This document shows positions 41,268 to 53,425 of a stretch of DNA of 64,000 nucleotides, piece by piece; the stretch's first letter is position 1, and each line of letters opens with the position of its first letter. The notes under the pieces were generated by a model. It had not been told where the DNA came from. It saw nothing but the letters and a program-made list of their open reading frames with translations, and did no database searches. Source of the stretch: an uncultured Coriobacteriia bacterium. GTDB taxonomy: Bacteria > Actinomycetota > Coriobacteriia > Anaerosomatales > JAAXUF01. The stretch is from positions 35,411 to 99,410 of the forward strand of contig CAWDNM010000008.1 in the NCBI GenBank assembly GCA_963803785.1, in the 5' to 3' direction. The position numbers were made by a program, and so were the translations under genes.

Positions 41268-42226
41268 TTGAAAATGGAATACCGGCACACCCCAGTTTTG
41301 CTGGCCGAGGTCACGCAGCAACTATCGCCGCAACCCGGTTCGATCATCGTCGACTGTACCTTAGGCGGGGCAGGACACGCGAAACGGCTACAAGACCTCG
41401 TGGCTCCCGGCGGAATCCTCGTCGGCATAGACCAAGATGACGCAGCACTTTCCGCAGCAGCACTCCACACTCCGCCTCGGCCAGCAAGAACTTCCTGAGA
41501 GCACCATGTTGCTCCAGGGCAACTTCAGCGAACTGGACCGCCTGCTCTCGCAGGCAAGCATCCCCTACGTCGACGGATTCCTCTTCGACCTGGGAGTCAG
41601 TTCGCCCCAACTGGACGTCCCTGAGCGCGGGTTCTCCTACCGGGAGGACGCGCCTCTGGACATGCGGATGGATCCGGGTCATCAGACTCTAACCGCAGCA
41701 GAGGTCATCGCAGCCTACTCCGAAGCCGACCTCGCCCGGATACTCCGTGACTTCGGTGAGGAACGGTGGGCCACGCGAATCGCAGCTTTCATCGTAGCCA
41801 CGCGTGCCCACCGCCCCATCGAGACGACGAGCCAGCTCGTCGAAGTCATCAAGGCCGCGATACCCGCGGCCGCTCGCCGAGAGGGTGGACACCCCGCGAC
41901 GCGCACGTTTCAGGCGCTGCGCATCGAGGTGAACGGCGAGCTCGAGGTGCTCAGGACTGCGCTCGACGCCGCAGTCAGGTGGCTCGCCCCGAAGGGCCGC
42001 ATCGTGGTCATCAGCTATCACTCGCTGGAGGACCGCATCGTCAAGACCGCGTTCAACGATCTCGCACGGGGGTGCATCTGCCCGCCAGACCTTCCGGTCT
42101 GCACGTGCAGCCATGAGCCGGTACTCCGCGTCCTCACGCGTAAGGCGATCGTGCCGACGCCAGAGGAGATCGACAGAGAATCCGCGTGCCCGGAGCGCAA
42201 AGCTCCGAGCCGCCGAGAAGATCTGA
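41268..42226 (+). CDS. rsmH: 16S rRNA (cytosine1402-N4)-methyltransferase; 2 apparent frameshifts
   Basis: TTG 41268 / ATG 41274 gives [39 protein letters not shown].... The second frame reads ...[23 protein letters not shown]...[17 protein letters not shown]...[12 protein letters not shown].... The final frame reads [16 protein letters not shown] and stops at 42226. Confidence 0.85.
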
Positions 42227-42282
42227 CGAGAACGCCGGCCCCAGGGGTGACCGGGGGAGACGAGAGGGGAGGGTGACAGGAC

Positions 42283-42827
42283 ATGGGAATGCCCGCTCTA
42301 CAGCTTGATACGCATGCCGCTCCCGCTCGTCGCCCTCACCTTCGGGTCGTCAAGCCCCGGAAGACCGCGCCGCGCAAGCAGGTCGTGCGACGCACCAACG
42401 CAGCCGTTCTTCCAGAACTTCGTGTTCTTCGCAGTCGTCGTAGTGCTGGTAGCGACGTCTCGGCCTCGGTCGGGTCTGGCTGTCAGTCCAGGCGGCACAG
42501 GCTTCGATCGACTCAGGCAAGCTGCGCCGTGACATCAAGCTCGAGCAGTACCAGGGCGACATGCTCGAGGTACAGCAGAGCGCTTTGGCAACGCCTTCGC
42601 GCATCCAGGCGATCGCTGGCGGTACCATGGGCATGGCGCCCGCCGCCTCAGTGAGCTATCTCGACCTGCGCGGCGACTCTGCGCCCGATTCCGTCGGCAC
42701 ACTCGCCTCGGCGAAGGCCGTGCCGAGCTCCGGATTGTCGGGAGCGCTTGCGCAGGCAATGGAAGTAGCGGCCAGCGAGGCCCGTGTCCTGCTCGTGGGC
42801 GATGTCGGTCTCGCTTCATCGAGATGA
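42283..42827 (+). CDS. ftsL: cell division protein FtsL-like; 2 apparent frameshifts
   Basis: ATG 42283 gives MGMPALQLDTHAAPARRPHLRVVKPRKTAPRKQ.... The TM segment ...FFAVVVVLVATS... lies in frame 42305. The periplasmic part in ORF 42561..42827 reads ...LEVQQSALATPSRIQAIAGGTMGMAPAASVSYLDL.... Confidence 0.6.
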
Positions 42828-42846
42828 GGCGCGGATAGGAGGAAGT

Positions 42847-44653
42847 GTGGCGCAACGGCGCAAGCGGTCGCCAGGGAGCGGCCGGTTCACCTTCCTGCTG
42901 TTCGCGTTCGGCGCACTGCTCGGTCTCATCGGCATCCGACTGGTGTGGCTGCAGGTTGTGCGCGCTCCGGAGTACACCGCGAAGGCTTCAAGTCAGCGGA
43001 TGCGCGACATCGAGGTTCCCGCTCGGCGCGGCACCATCTACGACCGCGAGGGCGAGCCCCTGGCGAAGAGCGTTGCCGCGATCGACGGTGTACGCCGCGC
43101 CGAACACCATCAAGGACAAGGCGGGCGTGGCTGCGGCGTTAGCGTCGGTACTCGGCGGTCGATGCGAAGGACTACGCGAAGAAGCTGGACCGCGACAACG
43201 GCTTCGTCTACATCGCGCGCAAGGTCGATGTCGACCGCGCCAAGGAACTCGAGGCCCTCAAGCTGACGGGTATCGGATTCCTCGATGACTCACGGCGGAT
43301 GTACCCGTCTGGTGAGCTTGCGTGCCAGGTGCTCGGGTTCGTCGGCGTCGATGGCGAGGGACTTGCCGGCATAGAGAAGCGCTATGACACGGTGCTCGCC
43401 GGCAAACCGGGCGTGCTGCTCGGCGAGCGCGATCCGTACGGGCGGCCGATTCCCGGTGGCGTACAGAAGAACGTCGACGCCATCGACGGCCACGACATGG
43501 TGCTGACGCTCGACAAGGACATCCAGTATCACGCGCAGCTCGAGCTGTCGAAGGCAGTGAAGAAGTGGGGGGCCAAGAGCGGCTCGGTCGTCGTGATGAA
43601 CCCGCAGAACGGCGAGATCTACGCCATGGCGTCCACGCCGGGGTTCAACCCGAACGACTTCGCCGACGCGAAGCCCGCCGCATTTCGCAACCGCCCGGTC
43701 TCGGATGCATACGAACCGGGCTCGACCATCAAGTGCCTCACCGCGGCCGCCGTCATCGACAAGGGGCTCTACAAGCCGTCATCGAAGCTCGATCTACCGT
43801 CGGAGCTGCATGTCGCGGGAAGGACGATCCACGAGTCACACGGGCGAGGTGCGGTCAGGTGGTCGCTGGAGAAGATCCTCGACCCAGTCCTCCAACGTCG
43901 GTGCAGTCAAGCTCGGGATGAAGCTCGGGAAGAAGGGCCTGTACGACTACTTCTCGAAGTTCGGTCTCACCGAGGCGACCGGCGTCGACTACCCGGGCGA
44001 GGCGCGCGGCTGGCTACCGACGCCGGACCTGTGGTCTGACTCGTCGATCGCCAACATCCCGTTCGGGCAGGGGGTCTCGGCGACGCCGCTGCAGCTGTGC
44101 CGCGCCGTCGCCGCGATCGCCAACGGCGGCCAGCTCGTCACGCCGCACTTCCTGATGGACGTCCCCCAAGATCCCGCCGCCGCGCGGGACTGGCCCAAGA
44201 AGCGCGCGATCTCGAAGAAGGCGGCCAAGTCGACCACTGCGATGATGGAGAAGGTCGTCACCGACGGAACGGGCATCTGAGGCTGCGGTTCCGGGCTACA
44301 CCGTTGCCGGCAAGACCGGCACGGCGCAGGTCGCGCTGCCCAACGGGCGCGGATACGCCAAGGGGACCTACATCGGGTCGTTCATCGGCTATCTTCCCGC
44401 CGATGACCCGCAGATTCTCATCTGCGTGAAGCTCGACCAGCCGAGGAACGCCATCTACGGCGGCACCGTCGCCGCACCGGTGTTCTCCAAGCTCGCGCAG
44501 TTCTCGGTCGCTCACCTGAAGATTCCGCCGACCACGGCGTCCAAGCCTCGCAAGAAGAGCCGACCACGTGGTGCCGGGTCGGAGTCGAAGAAGAGTTCAC
44601 TCGCTCAGACGCGAACGACCGACGCATCGGCGACGGACGACGGAGAGCAGTAG
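42847..44653 (+). CDS. ftsI: peptidoglycan D,D-transpeptidase (class B PBP, FtsI); >=4 apparent frameshifts
   Basis: GTG 42847 after GGAGGAAG gives VAQRRKRSPGSGRFTFLLFAFGALLGLIGIRLVWLQVV.... The dimerisation domain lies in frame 43299. The transpeptidase motifs are YEPGSTIKCLTAAA, ...SSNVGAVKLG... and ...VAGKTGTAQV.... Stop at 44653. Confidence 0.8.
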
Positions 44654-44695
44654 GGTGCGTGCTAGAATCGCTGGTCGAAACGGTATGGAGCGTGC

Positions 44696-46196
44696 GTGAC
44701 TGACAAGAGCCTGATGAGTCTGCTAGAGGGGACCGGCGCTGTCGCGCTCGGTCCTTCCGACGTTGCCGTTTCCGGCATCGCCTACCGGTCCGACAAGGTC
44801 AGGACAGGCGACGTCTTCTTCTGCGTTCGCGGCTTCGCGCACGACGGCCATTCGTTCGCGGCAGATGCCGTCAGCCGTGGCGCCGCTGCGCTGGTCGTCG
44901 AGCGACCGATCGCGGGCTGCGACGCCCCCCAGTTCTTGGTCGCGCAGATGCGAGAGGCACTGGCAGTGGCATCGGCGCGCTTCGAGGATGAGCCGAGCGG
45001 GGCACTCCAGCTGGTCGGCATAACCGGCACGAATGGCAAGACGACGACGGTGTACCTGCTCGACGCCATTCTGCGCGCCGCAGGCCACACCACGGGAGTC
45101 ATCGGCACGGTCGAGACTCGCATTGCCGATGAGCGGCTTGAGTCAAGCCGCACGACGCCGGAGTCCAGCGATCTGCAAGCCCTTCTCGCCAGGATGCGAG
45201 ACGCGGGCGTGACTGCAGTTGCGATGGAGGTCTCCAGCCACGCGATCGACCTGCACCGGGTTGATGCAGTGCGTTTCGCCGCGGTGGCGTTCACGAACCT
45301 CACCCAGGACCATCTCGACTACCACCACACCATCGAGGAGTACTCGTCGGTCAAGCGCCGCCTCTTCACGGACTTCGAGGCCGGGGCACGTGTCGTCAAT
45401 ATCGACGATCCGTACGGCGCGCTACTGGCTGACGAGGTGCCCGACGTGCTGACCGTAGGGCGGCACCCGGATGCAATGGTGCGCGCGGAGGGCGAGGAGC
45501 TGTCCGCGACAGGCGCGTCGTTCACGCTTGTGACCCCGCAGGGCACTGCCAGCGTGGAGCTTCCCTCTGGCGGGCGCGTACAACGTCAGCAACGCACTTG
45601 TGGCGGCGGGCTGCGCCCTGGCGATCGGTATCCCGTTGACGACGGTCGTCGCAGGTCTTGCTGCGGCGCCACAGGTACCGGGCCGGCTCGAGCGGATCGA
45701 GGCCGGCCAGCGGTTCTCGGTGATCGTGGACTACGCTCACACGCCCGACTCGCTCGAGAAGGCGATCCTCGCGGTCAAGGACGTCACCGAGGGCCGCGTG
45801 ATCGTGGTGTTCGGTTGTGGGGGAGACCGCGACCCGGACAAGCGCCCGCTCATGGGCGCAGCCGCCGCGCTGTACGCTGACGCCGCCGTCATCACCAGCG
45901 ACAACCCGCGATCCGAGGATCCGGTCGGCATCATCCTCCAGGTCGAGGATGGCGTGCGCGGTACGTCGCTCGCCTACGAGGTCGAGGTCGACCGCCGCCG
46001 GGCGATCGCGCGGGCATTCGAGATCGCCGAGACCGGCGATTCCGTGCTCATCGCCGGCAAGGGCCACGAGGACTACCAGATCTTCGCCGACCGGACGATT
46101 CACTTCGACGACCGTGAGGTCGCCCGAGAGGAGCTGGTGCTCGTGCTGAAGTCTCGCGCGACAGAGCGTCCCGACACGCCGGTCGCCGGGGCGTGA
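44696..46196 (+). CDS. murE: UDP-N-acetylmuramoyl-L-alanyl-D-glutamate--2,6-diaminopimelate ligase; one apparent frameshift ~45570
   Basis: GTG 44696 gives MTDKSLMSLLEG...[16 protein letters not shown].... The second fragment 45600..46196 reads ...DYAHTPDSLEKAI...FGCGGDRDPDKRPLMG...DNPRSEDP.... It is 500 aa and stops 8 nt before mraY. Confidence 0.85.
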
Positions 46197-46203
46197 TGCC
46201 CGG

Positions 46204-47245
46204 ATGATCCGCTTCGCACAGCTATCCGACCTACCAGGTCTTCCTGGCCGTCGTCATCGCGATGGTGAGCGCTGCTGTGCTGTTCCCGCTGTGGATTCGG
46301 TTGCTGCGGGTGCGCAACATCGGACAGCAGGTTCGCGCTGACGGTCCCGCAGGGTCATCTCGTCAAGCAGGGGACGCCGACGATGGGCGGCGTGCTCATC
46401 CTGCTGGTGGTGACGGCGACGTTCCTCGTGCTGGGAACGCCGACCCGGCTCAGCATGCTTGCGCTGCTGGCGATGCTTGCATGCGGGATTCTCGGCTTCA
46501 TCGATGACTGGTCGAAGGTCAGTCACGAGCGCTCGCTTGGGCCTTCGCCCGCTGGCCAAGCTCTTCTGGCAGGGGACCGTCTCGGTGATCTTCGGGCTGC
46601 TCGTCGTCAACTGGGGGCAACTGCCTACGTGGGTCGCCGTCCCGCTCACCACGTACAAGCTCGACCTCGGCCGGGTGTCGTCGGTGTTCTCCATCGGCGG
46701 CATCGCGATCGTCGTGCCTTGGATCTACCTCGCGTTCGTCGGCGTGATGATCGTGGCGATGAGCAACGCAGTGAACCTGACGGACGGACTCGACGGTCTG
46801 GCGGCGGGGACCGTTGCCATCGTCACGCTTGTCTTCGCGGCAATCGCGTTTCGTCAGAACAGCCTCGAGAGCGCACTGCTCGCCGCGTCGGTCGCCGGAG
46901 CGTGCGTCGGCTTCCTCTGGTACAACAGCTATCCCGCCGACATCTTCATGGGCGACACGGGCTCGCTGGGCCTCGGTGCCGGCGATCGCCGCGCTGGCGG
47001 TCATCACCAAGACCGAGCTGCTGCTGCTCATCATCGGTGGCATCTACGTGGCCGAGACGCTCTCGGTCGTGCTCCAGGTCGCCTCGTTCAAGCTGACCGG
47101 CAAGCGCATCTTCCGGATGGCCCCGCTGCATCACCACTTCGAGATGAAGGGGTGGTCCGAGACGAAGGTCATGGTCCGCTTCTGGATCATCACCGGCATC
47201 CTTGCCGGAGCCGGCTTCGCGATGTACTTCATCGGGACCATGGTG
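46204..47245 (+). CDS. mraY: phospho-N-acetylmuramoyl-pentapeptide transferase; >=2 apparent frameshifts, 3' end approximate (no in-frame stop before murD start)
   Basis: ATG 46204. Fragments read ...[41 protein letters not shown] | [17 protein letters not shown]... | ...[15 protein letters not shown]...[12 protein letters not shown]...[27 protein letters not shown].... Confidence 0.8.
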
Positions 47246-48660
47246 GCGAAGGGCACAGTGACGGGTCTGGGCGACATCCTCATCGTGGGCCTCGGCACGT
47301 CCGGGTGTCGAATCCGCCCGCTACGCGGCAGGCCTCGTTGCGGCGGGCGAGGCGACCTCGGTCACGGCAGTCGACTCGGGCGAGCTCCGACGCGCTTCGC
47401 GAGCGCGCGGAGGAACTGCAGCGCGCTCGGCGTCACGGTGGCGCTGGGCGTCGATGAGGCTGCGGGGCGACTTCGATCTCGCGATCGTCAGTCCCGGGCA
47501 TACCGCCTCATGCCCCGCTGTTCGTCTCGGCGCAGGCGCGCGAGCGCCCGGCTGGTCTCCGAGATCGAGTTCGCCTTCTCGCAGTCCTCTCACACGTGGG
47601 TGGCGGTCACCGGCACCAACGGCAAGACGACCACCACCTCGCTCGTGGTGCACCTGCTCACGACAGCGGGCATTCCGTCGCGCGCCGTCGGGCAACATCG
47701 GGCGCGTCGCCATCACAGCGGTCGCCGAAGCCGAACAGGTCGAGGTGCTGGTCGCCGAGGTCTCGTCGTTCCAGCTCGCCAACATCGAGACCTTTCGGCC
47801 GCGCGTAGCGGTGCTGCTCAACCTCACGCCCGACCACATCAACTGGCACGGCACGCTACGAGGAGTACGCGGCCGCCAAGGCCCGCGTCTTCGAGAATCT
47901 CGCTCGAGCGGACGTCGCGGTGATCGACGTCGACGATCCGGGCTCGGCACCGTACGCCGACGTCGTCGCCTCGCGCGGCGTCGACAGTCGTGAGAGTCGG
48001 CCAGGATCGCACGGCACGCCGACAGGGGCCTCGGTGGTCGACGGCATGCTGACGCTCGAGACGAGGGGCGGTGCAATCCGGCTCGTCACCGAGGACGAGC
48101 TGCTGATACGCGGCGCCCACAACGTCAGCAACGCGCTTGCGGCTGCTGCTGCGGCGCACGCGCTCGGTGTCACAGCGAAGGACATCCAGCGCGGGCTGCG
48201 CACGTTCGAGCCCATCGAGCACCGGCTGGAGCCGGTCGCCGAGGTCGGCGGGGTCGGCGTGGTTCAACGACAGCAAGGCCACCAACCCTGACGCGGTACT
48301 CAAGGCGCTGACGGCGTTCGGCGAGCAGCCGCTCGTCGTGCTGCTCGGCGGACAGAACAAGGGCAACGACATGCGACCCGCTCGCCGAGGCGGTCGCGGC
48401 TCGCGCGAAGGCGGCGGTTGTCTTCGGTGAGGCCGGCGACGAGATCGCCGAGGCGTTCGATGGGCTCGGCATCGCCGTCGCTCAGACGGCCGGGCTGGCC
48501 GAGTGCTGTCTCGACGGCTGCGGACTTCGCTCGACACGGGCGATGCAGTGGTGCTTGTCGCCTGCGTGCGCCTCCTTCGACGAGTTCACGTCCTACGAAC
48601 ACCGCGGCGACTGTGTTCAAGTCGCTCGTACTCGCCATGGCTGGGGGCGAGGCAGAGTGA
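47240..48660 (+). CDS. murD: UDP-N-acetylmuramoylalanine--D-glutamate ligase; >=5 apparent frameshifts, 5' end approximate
   Basis: Fragments read [22 protein letters not shown]..., ...[22 protein letters not shown]..., ...[31 protein letters not shown]..., ...[20 protein letters not shown]..., ...[12 protein letters not shown]..., ...[18 protein letters not shown]...[14 protein letters not shown]. Stop at 48660. Confidence 0.8.
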
Positions 48661-49832
48661 GCCGCAAGGAGTACGCCGGCGGCCCGGTTCCTCGCTACCT
48701 GCTTCTCGGGGCAGCCGTGTTCCTTACGGCGTTCGGCCTCACCATGGTCTACTCGGCTTCCTCGATCTCGGCGCTTGTGAAGGAGGGCAGCTCGGCCTAC
48801 TACTTCCTTCGCCAGATGCATCTTCGTGCTCATCGGAGCCGTGCTGGCGTTTCGTGGCGGCGCGGATTCGACTACCGCCGCTTCCAGGGACAGCTCGGCG
48901 TGCAGGCGTGGTGGGTGTCGGTCGCGTCTGCTCGTTCTCACGTACGGGCTCGGCGTCGTGCGAGGTGGTGCGCGCCGGTGGATTCCGCTCGGCTTCATCA
49001 ACCTGCAGCCGTCGGAGTTCGCCAAGATCGCGTGCGTTCTCGTTGCGGCAGCGCTCGCCGTCGAGTGGCAGCGCGGGCGCATCGACTCATCGACGTTCAT
49101 GGGGCGTGTCGCGATCTACGTGGGCGTTCCGGCGGTGCTCATCGTCTTCCAGCCTGACCTCGGCACCGCGGTGCTGCTCGCGGTCGGTGTCGGCATCGTG
49201 CTGTGGCTCGGCGGGATCGAGATGCGCTGGGTCGCCGCTGCCGTGGCGGCAGTCGGCGCTGTTCGGCGCGCTCGGCATCTGGAAGGAGAGCTACCGGCTG
49301 GGTCGCATCACCGCCGCTCTGAACCCTGGCTCGACCCCTCGGGCAAGGGCTATCAGTCGATTCAGGCGATGCTGGCGTTCGGCACCGGCGGCCTGGAGGG
49401 CGTGGGGCTCGGGCTCTCTCGCCAGAAGTTCTTCTACCTGCCCGAGGCGCACACCGACTTCATCTTCGCGATCATCGGCGAGGAGGTCGGGCTGCATCGG
49501 CACGCTCGCGGTGGTCGCGGCGTTCGTCGTCCTGCTCTACGCGGGGATCCGCATCGCGATGGGCGCGCGCGACCCGTACGGGCGTCTCGATCGCAGGCGC
49601 GCTCACCGGCATGCTCGCGATCCAGGCGACGCTGAACATGGCCGCGGTCACCGGCGTGTTTCCTGTGACCGGAAAGCCGCTTCCGTTCGTGAGCTACGGC
49701 GGATCATCGATGTTCGTCACGATGATCAGCATTGGGTTGATACTGTCAGTGTCGAAGTACGGGGCGTGCGCACCGGTCGCGGTGCGCAACCTGTCCGAGG
49801 AACGAGGAGCGCGTACGTGCGAGCGTGGATGA
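48657..49832 (+). CDS. ftsW: peptidoglycan glycosyltransferase FtsW (SEDS family); >=4 apparent frameshifts
   Basis: GTG 48657 overlaps the murD stop (GTGA) and gives [37 protein letters not shown].... Later fragments read ...GFINLQPSEFAKIACVLVAAA... and ...ATLNMAAVTGVFPVTGKPLPFVSYGGSSMFVTMISIGLILSVSKYG. Confidence 0.8.
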
Positions 49833-50960
49833 GCGGCGGCGGGACAGCAGGGCACGTGTATCCCGCCCTAACGGTAGCAGGGCACCTCGCCGCCGAGCAT
49901 GACGACGTCCTCTTCGTCGGCACGCCGGACGGCCTTGAGGCCCGTCTCGTTCCCGAGGCGGGCGTCGCGTTCCGCGGCCTGCGCGCGAGCGGGTTCGACC
50001 GCGCCCGCCCGTGGACGCTGCTGACGTCGTCGGCACGGATCGCGGCGTCGACGGTGACGGCGTGGCGATGGCTCGGCGCCGACGAGGCCCGACGTCGTCA
50101 TCGGCTTCGGCGGGTACGTGTCGATTCCGGTCGGCCTCGCGGCGGTGCTTCGCGGCGTCCCGCTGGTGCTGCACGAGCAGAACTCGGTTCCGGGCTGGCG
50201 AACAAGGTGCTCTCGCGCTGGGCGACGGCTGTCGGCGTCACGTACGGCGAGTCGACGCCTCTGCTCGCTCACCCCGAGCGGGTGGAAGTCACCGGCAACC
50301 CGGTGCGCCCGGCCGTGCTGACCGCCGACAGGGCGCTGGGCCGCAAGGCGCGCTCTCGCTGCCCGACGACCAGCACGGTGCTGCTGGTCTTCGGCGGCAG
50401 CCGCGGTGCACGGCACCTCAACTCCGCGATCGTCGCGCTTCGGGACCGGCTGATGGACGATACCGCAAGTCTGCGCGTCGTCCACATCGCCGGGAAGCTC
50501 GAGGTCGATGACCGTCCGCGCTGCTGCTCGATGCGGCCGGGGGCGATGCGGACGGCCGATGGCTGGTGCTCGACTACGTCGACGACATGGGCTCGGCGCT
50601 CGCCGCGGCTGACCTCGTCGTCGCACGCGCGGGAGCGACCTCGATCGCGGAGATCACCGCCTTGGGCTGCCGGCGGTGCTCGTGCCGTACCCCTACGCGA
50701 CCGACGACCACCAGACCAAGAACGCGGCGACGATGGTCGCGCACGGTGCAGCAGAGCTCGTCGGCGACGACGAGCTGGACGGGGAACGCTTCGGTGACAT
50801 CGTCGTCGGGCTGCTCGGCGACGCGCAGCGCCGTGCTACCATGTCCGACGCGTCGCGCACCTTGGGCAGGCCCCATGCGGCAGCCGCGATCGCGCAGCTC
50901 GCGCGCTGTGCGGCAGGCGTTCGACGCGAAGCCGAACCCGCGATCAACCCACGGAGGACT
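49817..50960 (+). CDS. murG: undecaprenyldiphospho-muramoylpentapeptide beta-N-acetylglucosaminyltransferase; >=4 apparent frameshifts, 3' end approximate
   Basis: GTG 49817 / ATG 49829 gives (VRAW)[42 protein letters not shown].... Later fragments read ...[41 protein letters not shown]... and ...[38 protein letters not shown].... Confidence 0.8.
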
Positions 50961-50963
50961 CCG

Positions 50964-52370
50964 TTGTCTGAGCAGGTCTATGCGCACTTCATCGGTGCTG
51001 GCGGGGCCGGCATGAGCGGCATCGCGCTCGTGCTTGCGGAGCGCGGCGTGCGCGTCACCGGCAGCGACCTGAAGGAGTCGCGCTACTCGCGTGCGCTTCG
51101 AGGCTGCCGGAGTCCCGGTCGCCATCGGCCATGCCGCCGAGAATCTTGGGGACCCGCAGGTCGTGGTGGTCTCCTCGGCGATTCCCGAGACGAACCCCGA
51201 GCTCGCCGAGGCGCGCAGGCGCGGGCATACCGGTGTGGCCGCGCGCCAAGATGCTCGCGCATCTGGCCGGGGAGCGCGACACGATCGCCGTCGCCGGCAC
51301 GCACGGCAAGACCTCGACGAGCTCGATGATCGCCACGATGCTCTCGCGCATGGGCCTCGCGCCCGACCTTTCTCATCGGCGGCGAGGTCGACGGGTTCGA
51401 CACGAACGCGGTGAACGGCTCCGGCGACCACTACGTGGTCGAGGCCGACGAGAGCGACGGATCGTTCATTCACCTCGACCCGCGACATCGCTGTCGTCAC
51501 CAACGTCGAGGCCGATCACCTCGACCACTACGGCACGCTCGAGGCGGTCGAGGCGACCTTCTGCGAGTTCATGGAGCGCGTGCCCGACGACGGCACGCTC
51601 GTCATCTGCGGTGACGACGCCCGGCTCGTCGAGCTGGCGGGCACCACCGGGCGCACCATCGTCACCTACGGGTTCGCCGAGACGTGCGACGTGCGCTGCC
51701 GCACCCTCGAGCGCACCGGTGTCGGCACCCGGTTCGAGGTCGAGGTACCGGGCGGCGATGCGTGCCGAGTCGCTCACGCGCACGCCGGGCAGCCACATGG
51801 TCGCCAACGCGACCGCGGCGCTTGCGACCGCCTGGGTGCTCGGGCTCGACCTGGTCGAGGCGGCCGCTGCGCTCGCGGAGTTCACGGGCGTGCGCCGCCG
51901 CTTCGACCTGATCGGCGAGGCCGGCGGCGTGACCGTGGTCGACGACTACGCCCACCATCCCACCGAGGTTCGCGCGACGCTCACGGCCGCGCGCGAGCTC
52001 GGCTTCGAGCGCGTGATCGTGCTGTTCCAGCCGCACCGCTACTCGCGCACCGGCGCGCTCGGCCGAGGAGTTCGCCGAGGCGTTCGGGTCGGCGACCCGT
52101 CGGTGCTGATGGATGTGTACAGCGCCGGCGAGCCGCCGATTCCCGGGGTCTCCGGCAAGACCGTCCTCGACGCGCTCCTGCGCAGGCACCCTCGTACCCA
52201 GGCGACCTACCTGCCGCACCGCACCGACATCGTGCCCTATCTCTCCTCGCGCGTCCGCGCGGGCGACCTGGTTCTCACGATGGGAGCGGGTGACGTCACG
52301 GCGATCGGCCCGGAACTCGTAGGTGCGCTGCAGGGCCAGCGCGGACAAGGACGTCGTCGCCGTGCCGGTA
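50964..52370 (+). CDS. murC: UDP-N-acetylmuramate--L-alanine ligase; >=4 apparent frameshifts, 3' end approximate
   Basis: TTG 50964 after ACGGAGGACT gives [36 protein letters not shown].... Later fragments read ...[20 protein letters not shown]..., ...[17 protein letters not shown]... and ...[22 protein letters not shown]...[11 protein letters not shown].... Confidence 0.8.
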
Positions 52371-53284
52371 GCCGAGGCATACAGGCGCCTGCGCGCGGAA
52401 CTGAGCGGGCTCGGTCCGCCGGGACGAGCCGATGACGCGCCACACGACCTACCGCATCGGCGGTCCGGCCGCGCTGCTCGTCGAGTGCGCCAGCGTCGCG
52501 GACCTCGCCACGGCAACCGAGCATTCTCGCCGAGGAGGACGTCGACTGGCGCGTTCTCGGCAAGGGCAGCAACGTGCTCGTCTCCGACGATGGCTACGAC
52601 GGTGCGGTGCTGACTCTCGGGCCGCGACTTCAAGCGCCACTCGCTCGAGGGCGATCAGCTTGCGCTCGGGAGCGGGCGTCATCCTCGCGCGCTGTCGTGC
52701 GCGACGCCTTCTCGGAGGGGCGCACCGGCCTCGAGTTCGCCGTCGGCATCCCGGGTACCGTCGGCGGCGCGCTGGCCATGAACGCCGGTAGTCGCGAGGA
52801 GTGGATCGGCTCGATCGTGGAGTCGGTGACGCTCTTCGTGCCGGGGGAGGGGCTCGTTGGCGTTCGCGGACCCGAGATCGACGTGGGGCTATCGGACGAG
52901 CGGGCTGCAGGCGCGCGGCATCATCGTCGAGACCGTGCTTCGACTGGTGGAGGGCGACGCCGACCTCATCCGCCGCAGCATGGAGGCAAGCCTGCGACGC
53001 CGCAAGCGCACCCAGCCGCTTTCGATGCCCAGCGCGGGAAGCGTGTTCGTGAACCCTGAAGGCGATTCGGCCGGACGACTCATCGAGGCCGCCGGGCTGA
53101 AGGGGACTCGCGTCGGCGGGGCAGAGGTGTCTGACGTGCACGCGAACTTCATCGTCAACGTCGGCGGCGCGACCGCCGCCGACGTCGTGGCGCTCGTCCG
53201 TCTCATTCGCGATACCGTGAAGGAGGCGCATGGCATCGAACTCACGCCGGAAGTCCGGTTCCTCGGCCGTTCGACGGGTCGTAA
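52362..53284 (+). CDS. murB: UDP-N-acetylenolpyruvoylglucosamine reductase; 3 apparent frameshifts
   Basis: Fragments read ...AEAYRRLRAELSGL..MTRHTTYRIGGPAALLVECASVADLATA...DWRVLGKGSNVLVSDDGYDGAVL..., ...GLEFAVGIPGTVGGALAMNAGS... and ...SAGSVFVNPEGDSAGRLIEAAGLKGTRVGGAEVSDVHANFIVN.... It ends ...EVRFLGR/PFDGS*, TAA at 53282-53284. Confidence 0.75.
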
Positions 53285-53425
53285 GCGCGTCGTCATCGGT
53301 GCCGCGGAAACGGTACGGGTCCGGTACAAGAAGAACGAGCCTGAAGTCGAGTCCGAGCGCCGACGAGCTCCGAGCTCCGCGGGAGCGCGCGTGCCTCGCG
53401 CACCGGCAAGGGCCCCGGCGCACGG

